The notes beneath the pieces are model-generated. The model had not been told where the DNA came from, did not search any database, and saw only the letters and a list, made by a program, of their open reading frames with translations. The position numbers were made by a program, and so were the translations under genes. Below are positions 53,701 through 64,000 of a stretch of DNA of 64,000 nt, piece after piece (the first letter of the stretch is position 1; every line of letters begins with the position of its first letter). Source of the stretch: Lingula anatina (lineage: Eukaryota > Animalia > Brachiopoda); contig CM120642.1 in NCBI GenBank assembly GCA_051362555.1, positions 7,998,001 to 8,062,000 on the forward strand, written 5' to 3'.

Positions 53701-56700
53701 ATGATGTGGTTGAGACAGAGATTTGTAAGCACAGCTACAGCAATACCATACCATTTCAAATTGAAATAAATTTCATTTCAAATATTCCAAAAATGTATTC
53801 TTTTGAAGTGCCTACTTGATTATTTATAAATGAACAATTTAAATATCATGATTTTTATTGACACATTTTCTTGAATTTAGAAAGTGAAATACTAAAATAT
53901 TAATACCTTAATTAATTTTTTTAATGTTTCCATAAACAGAGCAGAGTTTTGAGGTTAAAGGTGAAATTGAAGAACTCATGTCCATTCAATGCCCTTTCCA
54001 AATGCTCACTAACTATAAACATTTTCCTCAACTATTAATTTTTCAATGTTATTTTTCCAATAAATATAACTCACATATGGGGCAATATCCATGTCAAAAA
54101 TTTTACTTCAATTTTTTTAAAACTTTTTCTTTAATTTTCCATTTTATAAGAATCAATGTCCATTGTAATGCCTAACAAATACCAGTGAATTGCCCATATC
54201 ATAATGCCCTTGAGGAAACGGCTACTAACACAATGATGGTAAATTTGATATCAGAATAATTTAAACTTATTAAAACAAAATTATAAGAAATTGGTCTACT
54301 GAGGACCAAGCATGCTCTTAAAAAACAAGTTTTCCAAATATTTATTTAACTAATTAAAATCTAACTTCTGAAATCACATATTGCCCAAAAGTACATACTG
54401 ATGTATATATATACACTCACTGACTGCAACCAAAAGCACAACCACCAAAAATTTTAAAACACCCCACTTACCCATCCCTTCCACTTTGCAAACCTGACTA
54501 TATCTTCCCCTTCTGCCTTCTCATACATAGTCTTAAAGGAGATGTTCTGATCAAAACCCCAGGGTCCTTTTAATATGCAACCATCGTCATCTCCAGGTTT
54601 AGCTTCCTTGAAGCAGGCTGCATCACCAAGTTCTTTATCTTTATAAGGATTTTCCATGATTTCTGTTGTTTATGCCAAACACTTCGGATGTCAGTCTCTC
54701 AAATATATGTGTTCAATATAGACAATGGCTGCTGTTATCTGACTAAACAAGAGATTGCATGTCTTCAGTTCTACAGATAATTGTTTTCTACTCACAGCAA
54801 GACACTAGAAGCAGCAGCAAAACTTGTTTTCAAATATGTATATCCTGTCATATGTTTTTAAGTAATTTCAGTGGTAAAAGACAGTAAACCTTGCTAAAAT
54901 CTTCAAAGATTTCACCTACTAGTAATAGAAAGACAGTGTGCCATTCTAGTCTGTCACTGTGTCTGTCTACGAACTAATCATACATTACATATATATATAT
55001 ATGAAACTACTAGTAATTTCCTACCATCATCAATTCTTAATGACAGGTTACCTGACTGCTGTCTATTGGAAGGCATGAGAAGCACTAATTCATTAGCAAG
55101 TGGGTTCTACAAGTCAGAACCTTCATGATTTATATATGAAGTGGTAATGATGACAAGACAAGATCAACACCATCTGTGTTTTTCTGTTTCCTATTGATTT
55201 TGAACTGCAAAATATCAACATTCCCTCATTTCATCTTCTAATTTTTCAATGTTATTTCACATGGTATTTCAAGATGTATTTATCATAATCACTGTGTCAC
55301 AGGAGTAAATTTTCAGGAATGGTTTTTAAAAGTCCTGTCTTATATACTGACCACACAAAATATGTTAATTTTCCATTCCTTAACAGAAAGAGATGCACCC
55401 ATTCAAAAAAAAAAAAGGTTTAGTCACTTTTGTTGCAAGATTACCACTGTATGCAAAATGTTATTTGCATTTCAAAATACAACATATATGGCATTTCAAA
55501 ACAACTTGTTGTCTCCCTTAAGAATAATTTTTGTATTTAAACATCTAATTTTTTTACGCCACATCACAATCTATAGACCAAAATCCATAGTCAATGTATT
55601 GAATCTTTTCAACACAAAAGGGTGAAAAGTATTCTTGATGGTGTCTTTACATTATTGGCTTGCTGAGAGGCACAACTCCTAAAAAGTGAGCTTTTTTGTG
55701 TGGTAAAGAACAAAATATAAACATTCTACATGCAGTCAACTGATAAAAAATACAACAGCTGTAATAACATGGCACAACAAAATTAAATATTTGCCAAGTA
55801 TTTCAGCTATTATTCAACGACCTCATACACAACAGAATTATATTGTCATTCAATTCTTTCACAACAGGTAACAATCAACTTATGTTTTTATATTATCATA
55901 TAATTTTCCTTTTTAAATATGATCATTTAATCTATCGAGTATGGACTGCACATTATCAAAAGCAAGGTGAAGGAGTAAATATTTCAGTGTCTCAGACCCC
56001 ATTCTCATCAGTCTACATGGATTGACCCAATCTGCAGGAACTTGTTGAGTGCAATCAGCTTAACTGAATGACAAACGTCTTTTTTTTTTCAATGCACTTG
56101 TGTCATCACCAGCTTTTCTGTATTCTACTTAACACAAGGGGGAGGTGTAATAATCTGTAAGACCCCATTTCCAGAGATTAGATCGATCTACTTTAGATCG
56201 ACCTAACTCCCTGGGGGTTCACGCTAAATAGCTGTCAGCCGAGCGGACACGAAAGTTAATTACCCCCTTACAGCTTGTAGTAGGCAGGACAGACATTTAA
56301 GCTGGATTATCTGACAGTAATCTAGTGAGACTCCCCGCGGGGATAGATCGATCTAAAAGCTCTGGGAATACAGCCTTAAACTGTTTGCAGTTAGCAATAG
56401 TCCCAGTAGAGTTGGGCCGATCCTTGTAGATTATTGGAATGAGGCCTAAAATAAGACAGTGGGTTCACAAACTTTGCTCATAAACTGCCCCTAAACAGAC
56501 CCCAGTCTATTTCCATAGAATTTGTTCATGCACAGCAATGAAGAGTTTGAACCCAAATTCTTCTTTTTGAATAATGCCAAATGTTTATTTTTCCAATTCA
56601 AACAACTTCATAACTTTCTCACCTGAAGCATATGATGAGCATTCATACACATATTATATTTTGTATTTACCCTTGATAATCACTTTTGAAATGTTCTCAT

Positions 56701-59381
56701 TTTTAACAGGTGTATCTTACATAAGATCTGGAAGTTTATTTTGATAACCTGTGTTAACACTAATTTCAATTTAAAGCAAGCATGGGGATGGATTTGTAAA
56801 GAAAGTATAATACAACTGTACATTAATACTTACAGACAGACATATATCGCTTCACATCTCAGGCAATGACAGTTTATTTGCCTAATAAGACTTAATATAT
56901 TTATCAGCAATATTTTCCTGACTCATTAGTTTTAATAATAAGGGGTGAAACAGAATCATTAAGGCCTTCTGCATACAAATTGTACTCACTGTTGGTCATG
57001 GTAAAACTGGCCATCCATGTAAAACTTACGAAATCAACATACACTGTGTTTCAGAGCAGCATGTTTGTCTCCCCTAATAATAGCATCTCTAAGGTAACAA
57101 ACAGATACTGCTCATTAAGTGAACAATTACGCACACCACTTATTGTTTAGTCATGAGAACATTTTCCATCAAGCTATTCAAGAACACCATTCATCTTCAT
57201 AAATAGATATTTTACAAGTGGACAAGATGCCTACTCAAAATCTTATTGGTGCCATTGAATCTAGATTGCTTTCATAAAATTGGGCTAATGCTAATAAATG
57301 TTAGGGCAATAGATATTCAACTCATATTATATATTACTTTACATTGCTGCTTTGCTCTGCACTTACAAGAAGTGCTGGCTGTCTGCCTATGCCCTGATTT
57401 GAATGTATTGGAAAAAGCAAAGTTTATCTTTTCAATTAAGTCATTTAACAACCTTAGCCTGTCATCAACTAATCCTTCTGATTGATTTAGTACTTAAATG
57501 TTGACTTTTAATCAGAATCTTTCTAAGCAATCAATATTCTGAAATACTTTTGCAAATACATTCAAACTTGTTCTTTAAAATCCAATAGTCAGAAGCTATA
57601 ATGGGAGATTTATTCATGCTTGTACCTGTATGGCCTACTTTTTGAATATAAAGTAACTGGTAAATGTTAACTAAAACAATGTAGACAATGTAAAAAATCG
57701 TATTATCAATCTTACACTTTAATTTTCTTTTCATTTAAGCCAGGGTGAACTTTTTCAACAAATCTCTAATGAATTATTTGATTTAATTGAATTTATACCC
57801 TATTTTATGTAATTTAAATATTTTTGTTATTTGGGTACTGCTAGATGTAGAGAAATTGTAGTGTGCCCTCTGCCTTTTTTCCTTGAATTTTTGTATTTTT
57901 GCTTAATTATTTTATCAACTCACCTTATTTCTTTTTTTCTGTTATTAAAAGTTGAATTTGAAACAAAGTTCACAAAATATTAAATGTAGAATATTTTGAC
58001 TCATTCCAAGAATCACTCATTCCAAGAATCAACCTGTCCAAAATCATTCTTTCCAGAGTATTTAGAGTATTTGATATTACAGGTCATGAAACCTATTTTT
58101 AAAAAGATATCTGCATATTGCCAAGACAACATAGAATATTTTAACAGAGAAAAACATGTAGTTGGGGGAAAAAAAGCTAATTTTTTCATCCTCCAAAGTA
58201 CACTGCATATATATATTCACTACATTCAGTCTGGGAGGTTGGGGTCATGTTGATACTCTCCCATACCGTTACTCCCCCACACCGTTACTCCCCCGCACCG
58301 ATACTCCCCTGCACCAGTAAATTTTTGAGTATTATGCGCATTGATACGACCCCACACTGATAGATCCCCCCATTGATACATCTTCAGTAAAATTGCCGAT
58401 GTAGGCACACCGTTACTCCCTCACACCGATGCTCCCTCACATCATTCCTCTCTCACATCGCTTCTGCGGGGGAGTATCGATGCAGGGAAGTATTGGTGCA
58501 GGGATATACTGGTGTGGAGGAGTATCAGTGCGGGGACATACAGGGATGTAACCGGGAGGTTAACACTGGCCCTATACCAAATGCCAGCAAAAATATATGA
58601 AATTTTCTGAAATTTATTCAGTCGATGCCCAATAATTACTGGATTTTTTTTTTTTTTGGGTCCAAAACCCACAGAGACTTCTTGGCACAGCTAAACTTAA
58701 AATGGCACAGGGGCATATTGATGCAGGCACAATATGATTATTTTCCTTGGTAAGTAATGATGTAGGACATATAAAGATGAGCCCCTTAAAATAAAACTGA
58801 TTTCTCACAATCAGGATACCTCATTTGAGAAACGGATTAGCAGCAGTCATTCATTGTGCCTTAATGAGTTACAGTGTTACAGAAGGGCGAATTCATATGT
58901 GAATGGGGGGGGGGGCACTTGTTTCCTTACTATGTACATACAATTACAATATATAGAGCCTACCCCAATACAACAACTTTGCAGTAGCTTTGCATGATGA
59001 ATTTTTAATATCTTTATTAAATACCTTGCTTTTCAGCATTTGTCCAGCGGCTTGGCCAACGAAGCCATGTGGAATGTCAGCTGTTTCTGTGTCTCCAACC
59101 CCATCGATCTGGGCCAGTGTCAGACGTCTCATATTTCTCGCATTTTCTATCTCTTGCAGTTCAGGATCCAGCTTCTTTGCCAATGTATATTTGGGACCCC
59201 CTGTTCGGGTTGCTGGCCTCGGCCCCAAAATATCATCAAGGGGTCCCGCTGGAGCAGCAGTCGCTGGACGACCATCATCGTACAAGCCTCTGTTGAAAGC
59301 TTTGTGGGTTTGTAGATTTGCAGCGGCCGAACTTGGGCGGATTTTTTTCTTAGTTGGAATCGGTATCGTGTCCGTCGGCAT
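35731..59381 (-). CDS. EF-hand + WD40-repeat protein of the WDR49(CFAP337)/WDR95/WDR64/WDY family; span given for the most distal first exon
   Basis: Shared exon 50545-50685 has a canonical EF loop (DEDGSGELDLDEF). Exon 46709-46942 encodes LFYKIDYSSDGLITWDEFCTYM. Many WD exons follow (DREIQFYELSSFEPYCQISGLETVPLKIDY; GHNAPIFYLFVSEEDDRIFSISTDKCVK; LATSSYDGEVIVWN; YVVSVGWD; WRGHVESITNID). The last exon ends DPFNFYDD* at 35731. Phases were consistent at the junctions checked. The exact paralog cannot be settled without a search. Confidence 0.85.
39835..40025. repeat. Degenerate ~69-bp tandem repeat (~2.7 copies), intronic
   Basis: CCTAATTT.CTGT...ACT...AATGACTTTT..AAATCT.TAAAAGC recurs. Confidence 0.7.
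41514..41668. repeat. Perfect 80-bp palindrome (41573-41652) with a duplicated left arm
   Basis: Base-by-base symmetry around 41612/41613. 41514-41569 is a longer left-arm copy that pairs with the right arm out to 41668 (1 mismatch). Confidence 0.95.
48359..49503. mobile_element. 1145-bp non-autonomous TIR element with a 6-bp TSD
   Basis: 15-bp TIR CAGTGTTTTATTTAC / GTAAATAAAACACTG; TACATG on both flanks; TGAC(G/T)C subterminal motifs at both ends. Confidence 0.75.
51419..51535 (-). CDS. Alternative first coding exon A of the WD40 gene (39 codons, MAKYFLRTLPDLTFLTGG...SDTSE)
   Basis: ATG at 51535 in GATATGG context; GAG|GTGTTT donor in phase 0. Confidence 0.5.
52501..52740 (-). CDS. Alternative first coding exon B of the WD40 gene (80 codons, MSDDQYSE...DALKKK)
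   Basis: Acceptor at ~52778, ATG at 52740, AAG|GTATAC donor in phase 0; acidic, Ser-rich peptide. Confidence 0.65.
54472..54657 (-). CDS. Alternative first coding exon C of the WD40 gene (62 codons, MENPYKD...KWKGW)
   Basis: ATG at 54657; TGG|GTAAGT consensus donor in phase 0; GC-richer island within an AT-rich intron. Confidence 0.55.
56161..56375. mobile_element. Intact copy of the same ~215-bp MITE
   Basis: Aligns end to end with 4109-4205 + 6827-6943; flanked by TAA and TTA(A). Confidence 0.85.
58205..58575. repeat. GC-rich MITE-like remnant with short internal subrepeats in opposite orientations
   Basis: Repeated ACCG(T/A)TACTCCCC units on the left and GGGGAGTATCG/GGT units on the right; no clear TSD. 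Confidence 0.45.
59025..59381 (-). CDS. Alternative first coding exon D of the WD40 gene (119 codons, MPTDTIP...QMLKSK)
   Basis: ATG at 59381 preceded by an acceptor (ttcag, ~59406); AAG|GTATTT donor in phase 0; protein-like composition with RP(S/A)T motifs. Confidence 0.65.
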
Positions 59382-59690
59382 TTTGATCGGTACAAATAAT
59401 TAAATCTGAATGAAAAGTAAGTAAAATATCTTTAAAACGAGCACTGAAGCAGTAACATGCGTTTGCTTTGCCAGTTCTCCATCTTTGACAGCCTTATCAC
59501 AGCTACAAATGTAAACTTTGCTTCCGCAACGGATTGATGTTTACATGTCGGATTAACCACAGCATATTCGAAGTCTTTAAATGTTTGACAATCTAAGACA
59601 TTAAAAAGGATGGCAGAGGCATATTTATCTAATATGTTGATCTGGAGACTAAAAATGCTATAGAAGAAAGAACGGATTAGTTTTAGAGCA

Positions 59691-59703
59691 GTTACCAGGA
59701 GAC
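59691..59703. promoter_or_regulatory. RFX X-box-like motif upstream of the distal WD40 first exon
   Basis: GTTACCAGGAGAC (reverse GTCTCCTGGTAAC) resembles the GTNNCC-N-RGYAAC X-box typical of ciliary genes. Confidence 0.35.
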
Positions 59704-62254
59704 GACGTATTTATGCGCAGTACAGTGCAACCGACACAACCCCAGAACACCTGCTCGTCTCACCTGTAGCAATGGGCTTGAGTTTTCAGAGGAGGGCATC
59801 TAGTCTGGGTAGTCAGTCAATCGTTAGTTGATGATGAAGTTTGTCCTTTTTAAAATGATTTTACTCAGTATTGATTATTCGTTGCACGTTAAATATATCA
59901 TATGAGTTTACTTGTGGTTCTCATATAACTTTAGGCTCTGAAACCTGTTGAACTGCTGAAGCAAACAATAAGCCTTTTCTGCGGTTGTCAAGAAACTAAA
60001 ATGTATTTTATAATAAAATCTTATCCATAAAATTGCTGTTTATCGACGGCCAGAGTTCAAGTTAACTTAGATTTGCAGAAACCATATGGACTTTTGATAT
60101 GGGCTCTAGAAATTATTTACTTCTAAGTGTTTTTGTTATTGCTACTTTGTTCAGTTATTTTTTTTTTCTACGATCAAGATACTTATATAAGAGTCATTTT
60201 TAATATATAATACACCATTTTCAAACTTAAAAAAAAAGTTTCCTTGATAATGACATTTTATTTTTGGTCTTTACTGTCACAGTTTCCTGTTTAATGTAGT
60301 GACAACATTGATTTCTTCAGAAAATGTTATAAATTGCTGCCCCACGATTTTTTTAAAGGGAATGTGCCCGGAGAACGCCCACCTTTGGCATGCTTTCAAT
60401 TTGATATTCTGTTACAATTTTGAACCTATAAATACCTTCCGTGTATAATATACCACAGCTAAGAGCGTTTGACAAAGTTTTTGACATTATTTTATTATAA
60501 ACATTTGTGAACAATCAACACAGTTTTACTTGCAAGGCAAGTGGAACATTTAGGTTAGTCTGTCATAACCATTTGCATTATGCAAAGAAAGCAAATTATT
60601 ATCAGTCATAAATACAGAGTCATCAGTTCACATTAAGAAAAATCCATGTTATTTTTTATACAAACAGAGACTATGACATGGATCTTAACTAAACATAAAC
60701 CACTGAGGAATACAGAATATTGGGTAGGTGTGCAGAACCCACTCCTCCTCCTCGCTGCAATACTGAGTGCATAAAGCATGCTTTTATGGAGCTCTGTGTC
60801 TTAATTTCCCCCTCCTTTAGGAAGGGATGGGACTGAATACCCCACTGGGTTTAGAAAAGTGAATGAAGCAATCCACCTCCCATCCATAGCTATCATTACA
60901 GCACCAGGTGCATTACAGATTAATCAATTATACATTGTAGCAAGACAGATGATACTTAGATGTAAATAAATGAAAAGCTGTAAACGTATTTTGATCACCA
61001 TAGGCTGCCAGTTGTGCAGCTCATGATAATTAAATAAACAAATAAAAAAATAAGAAATACCATTTGTGCAGATTTATCCTTCTGAGAAATGGAATTTTAT
61101 GAATACACATACTTTTAAAAATCAGATTCTGCCTTAATAAATTACATAACTTTTAGTAATAATAGTTTAAACAAAAATACTGATATGCAACACATATTAC
61201 TTTGCCAAATCCCTCTTTAAAGTATTTTGTTGGGTTTTACTTCTTTAACAAATAATCTTATGATATGCTACATTTTTTAAACATTAATTTGAGAAATACA
61301 GATGAAACATTGCTCACGAAGACATTAAAATGCCATACTTGATTATGTAAAAGTATGTTATGGACATAGAGCTAGGCTAACTTTAAGGACAAAGAAAAGC
61401 ATTAAACACTAAAAGAGTGATTCAACAGGTATTCTCATCAAATATCATGGATTCTTCAGGAATAAACAAAACTTTATTTTTTTGATTTGCTATGCATTCA
61501 TTACCACCTAGTATCAGCAATTAAAATTAACAGAAACTTTCTGAGATTCTAGAGTTATTCTTTCAAAGTGTAAATGTAACATAATTTTACATAATTAAAA
61601 CAAATGATTTTAGACTTTTTGAATCTTCATCATAAATTTAGGGTTCTTAATTTCATACCCGATTCAAAATTTCTACTAAATAAGAAAAAAAAACTTGTTC
61701 AACATCTATTGTCTGGATCTTTAAATTAACAAAATGTGTTAACAGTAAGTGGATTGGCATACCGCATAGAGAAATAATACTTAAAGGCAGATATTGTGAT
61801 ACTGATGGCATATTATGTGAAACATTTTTCTTGAAGCTAATTTACATTGTGTCCCATTATATGAAAAAAACTCCAACATTCACAAGCATTCTTTGATTTG
61901 TTAGCGGCATGCTTTTTTTCACTGTACATATTCATGATTTTAAAAAATAATTTATAAAATGTTGACATGATTTAACTATGAAACAAACCAAAAATATTAA
62001 CTAAATTCAGTATTTAGAAAACTACCATCTTTAAAATTATTTAAGAAATAAGTTTCCCAAAAATATACTTCTATCAAAAGCTGGTTTCCATTGCTTATCC
62101 TGTTTGTGGATGGATTTTTGGTATATGGTCATAAGGTATTGCTTTTGGGGGTGGACAGTACAGTGAAATGGTTGTCCTTATAGATGTCAAGTTGAAGCAA
62201 CAACTGAAAATTGTCTAGACAAACCTACTAAAGAAATAAAAAATAACCATAGTT

Positions 62255-64000
62255 TTATATTTTATCGGCAGGATTCTGATCAGGCGTATCTGTTTTAGTG
62301 ACTTCTCCTTTATCATTCTCTTGTGGTGACGGAGATTCTCCACTGCCATCAAAGCGTGGCCAGCAGATATTGTATGTTTCCTCCATATTTAAAAAGGATC
62401 CTGGGAGAACAGGAATATAGTCATCAAATTCATAACCATCTGCTGAGAAAACGTCTGATGGAGTGGATGTTTTTGATTTGTTTGAAACTGGTGGCGTTCC
62501 AGGTATTGGGGGTAGATGACGTGGCCTAACTGGGGGAGGACTTTTCATTTTGAGTTTTTCAATAGCAACTTGGTCTTCAAGTACGACACCATTATTATGA
62601 GGGTTTCCCACATTGGATTTTGTGAGTGGCCTCACTGGCAATGTTAATTTTTTTGTATCGGGTCTGGACTGAAAAATGGAGGAGTATGGCTTGGGAAATT
62701 GTGGCTGAAATGTCTGCATGTGGAACACCTCCCTAGGTGGCACCACTGACTCCCCACCTTCAGGTGTGGTGTGAGGAGTGATGCTTTTCCCATTACTGTC
62801 TTTTGCTTTCAATTTGTCTGAACTCTTTGATTTTTTCTTTCCAGATTTATCACTGTCCATTGTGCTGTCTTTACTACTGGAACTATATCTTTTCAGAGAT
62901 TTTCCCTTGTCATCTGGCTTGGTGTCTTTAGGGGTATCTTTAGCTCCACCATCTGATGATGGGGTTGGAATGTGAGATTGAAGCACCTTGGGTTCCTGGT
63001 GAACCCCAGGGGATGTACTCCCCTCAGGAATACCGGGCGGGGTTTTCTGCTTGTCCCATACCTCAAAATGAGGGGAAGTAGCATTTAATGCTTGAGCCGC
63101 TGGAGTGTTTGGTCTATTTTTTGTCTTCTTGAGCTGATCTGAACGATCCGAAGTAGACCCAGGAAGTGGAATGTTCTCGTTTATTGTTTCCATAGCAACA
63201 GGTTGTTGTTGTGAATGTGAAGATAAAGACGGATCATCTTGCTGCTGGTGATGTTTATGACTCTTTGATTTCTTTCCATGTCCCTTTCCTTTACTTCCAC
63301 CTTGGCTAACATGTTTGCCATCAGGGTCTACTGTGTCTAGTGAATGTAATGCAGGTTTAGGTGTGCCCCGCCCAGTTTTTTCAGGTGGTGGGGTGGGTTG
63401 TCCCCTCTTTCTACCATGTGCGCCCCCATAGTTTTCACGACTGAGCTTATGATGCAAGTTAGGAGATTCACGATATTGAGCACGGTCTCTCCTGTGTGCC
63501 ACAGGGGAAGCCCCATACATGTCTCTTTCTTTTATTTTTTGTATGCTAGGTGAAGCCCTGACATATTCTTTTGTGGGACTGTGTCCCCTTGTCCTTGCCA
63601 TTTCCTTCGAGGGACTTCTGTCTAAAGTTCTGTTGATGTCTTTAGTTGGACTTCTCCTAACTTGTATAATCTCTTTCGTGGGACTTTTAACTGGGCTCTT
63701 GGCCCTTCTGTCAGATCTTTTGATATATTCATAGTTATGTGGTTGTGATTTATTATGGTGATGGTGGGTTGGAGAGATCATGCCATCTCTTTCACCTTCA
63801 CCCCTGTCTCGATGCCTGTGTCTATGATGACGGTGCTCTCGCCCTATCTCCTCATAATCATCATCATGTCTACGCCTGTGTCTGTGACGTTCATGTCTGT
63901 GATTTTCATAATCATCATCTGAATGTCGTCTTGTGCGAGATTTGTGTTTATGAGTTGGAGACATATTCTCAGGCATTGGACTCGCATGCAGGAACTTTGC
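62255..64000 (-). CDS. Large terminal coding exon (>=581 codons) of an unidentified gene extending beyond the window; His/Arg-rich then Ser/Pro/Lys-rich disordered region
   Basis: The frame is open from the window edge (AKFLHASP-MPENM...) to TAA at 62255; over 1.7 kb without a stop in AT-rich DNA. It is followed by about 1.8 kb of AT-rich 3'UTR-like sequence with - strand AATAAA near 60491 and 60257. No domain recognised. Confidence 0.8.
   Translation of the reverse strand, partial: AKFLHASPMPENMSPTHKHKSRTRRHSDDDYENHRHERHRHRRRHDDDYEEIGREHRHHRHRHRDRGEGERDGMISPTHHHHNKSQPHNYEYIKRSDRRAKSPVKSPTKEIIQVRRSPTKDINRTLDRSPSKEMARTRGHSPTKEYVRASPSIQKIKERDMYGASPVAHRRDRAQYRESPNLHHKLSRENYGGAHGRKRGQPTPPPEKTGRGTPKPALHSLDTVDPDGKHVSQGGSKGKGHGKKSKSHKHHQQQDDPSLSSHSQQQPVAMETINENIPLPGSTSDRSDQLKKTKNRPNTPAAQALNATSPHFEVWDKQKTPPGIPEGSTSPGVHQEPKVLQSHIPTPSSDGGAKDTPKDTKPDDKGKSLKRYSSSSKDSTMDSDKSGKKKSKSSDKLKAKDSNGKSITPHTTPEGGESVVPPREVFHMQTFQPQFPKPYSSIFQSRPDTKKLTLPVRPLTKSNVGNPHNNGVVLEDQVAIEKLKMKSPPPVRPRHLPPIPGTPPVSNKSKTSTPSDVFSADGYEFDDYIPVLPGSFLNMEETYNICWPRFDGSGESPSPQENDKGEVTKTDTPDQNPADKI

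Noticed and set aside
56622-56655. Possible fifth first exon MCMNAHHMLQ|GTGAGA (phase 0)
   Set aside because: Very short, AT-rich and easily produced by chance; no supporting leader or compositional signal.
58944-59024. Extension of exon D to the donor at 58963
   Set aside because: That donor is phase 1 and incompatible with the shared exon; the phase-0 donor at 59024 fits.

Overview
AT-rich, intron-rich animal genomic DNA; the repeat types suggest a marine invertebrate such as a mollusc, but that is inference. Most short ORFs in the track are either spurious or pieces of exons. Splice-aware reading gives these genes: (1) a 10-exon TAF7 gene on + (9115-13476, 352 aa); (2) a convergent CCDC158-like coiled-coil gene on - (20248-33502, about 23 exons); (3) an EF-hand + WD40 gene of the WDR49/WDR95/WDY type on - (35731-59381), with four candidate alternative phase-0 first coding exons and candidate 15-, 18- and 45-nt cassette exons; (4) the long, low-complexity last exon of an unidentified - strand gene running off the right edge; (5) weak traces of a - strand gene divergent from TAF7 running off the left edge. 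Mobile DNA: a Helentron-type non-autonomous element (HINE) carrying ten 146-bp monomers, inserted inside a MITE whose intact copy is also in the window; a young 1.56-kb mini LTR retroelement with a tRNA-Ala primer-binding site, a Gag relic and non-canonical termini; several TIR elements; and two perfect palindromes. All calls come from reading the sequence by eye; no database search was run.
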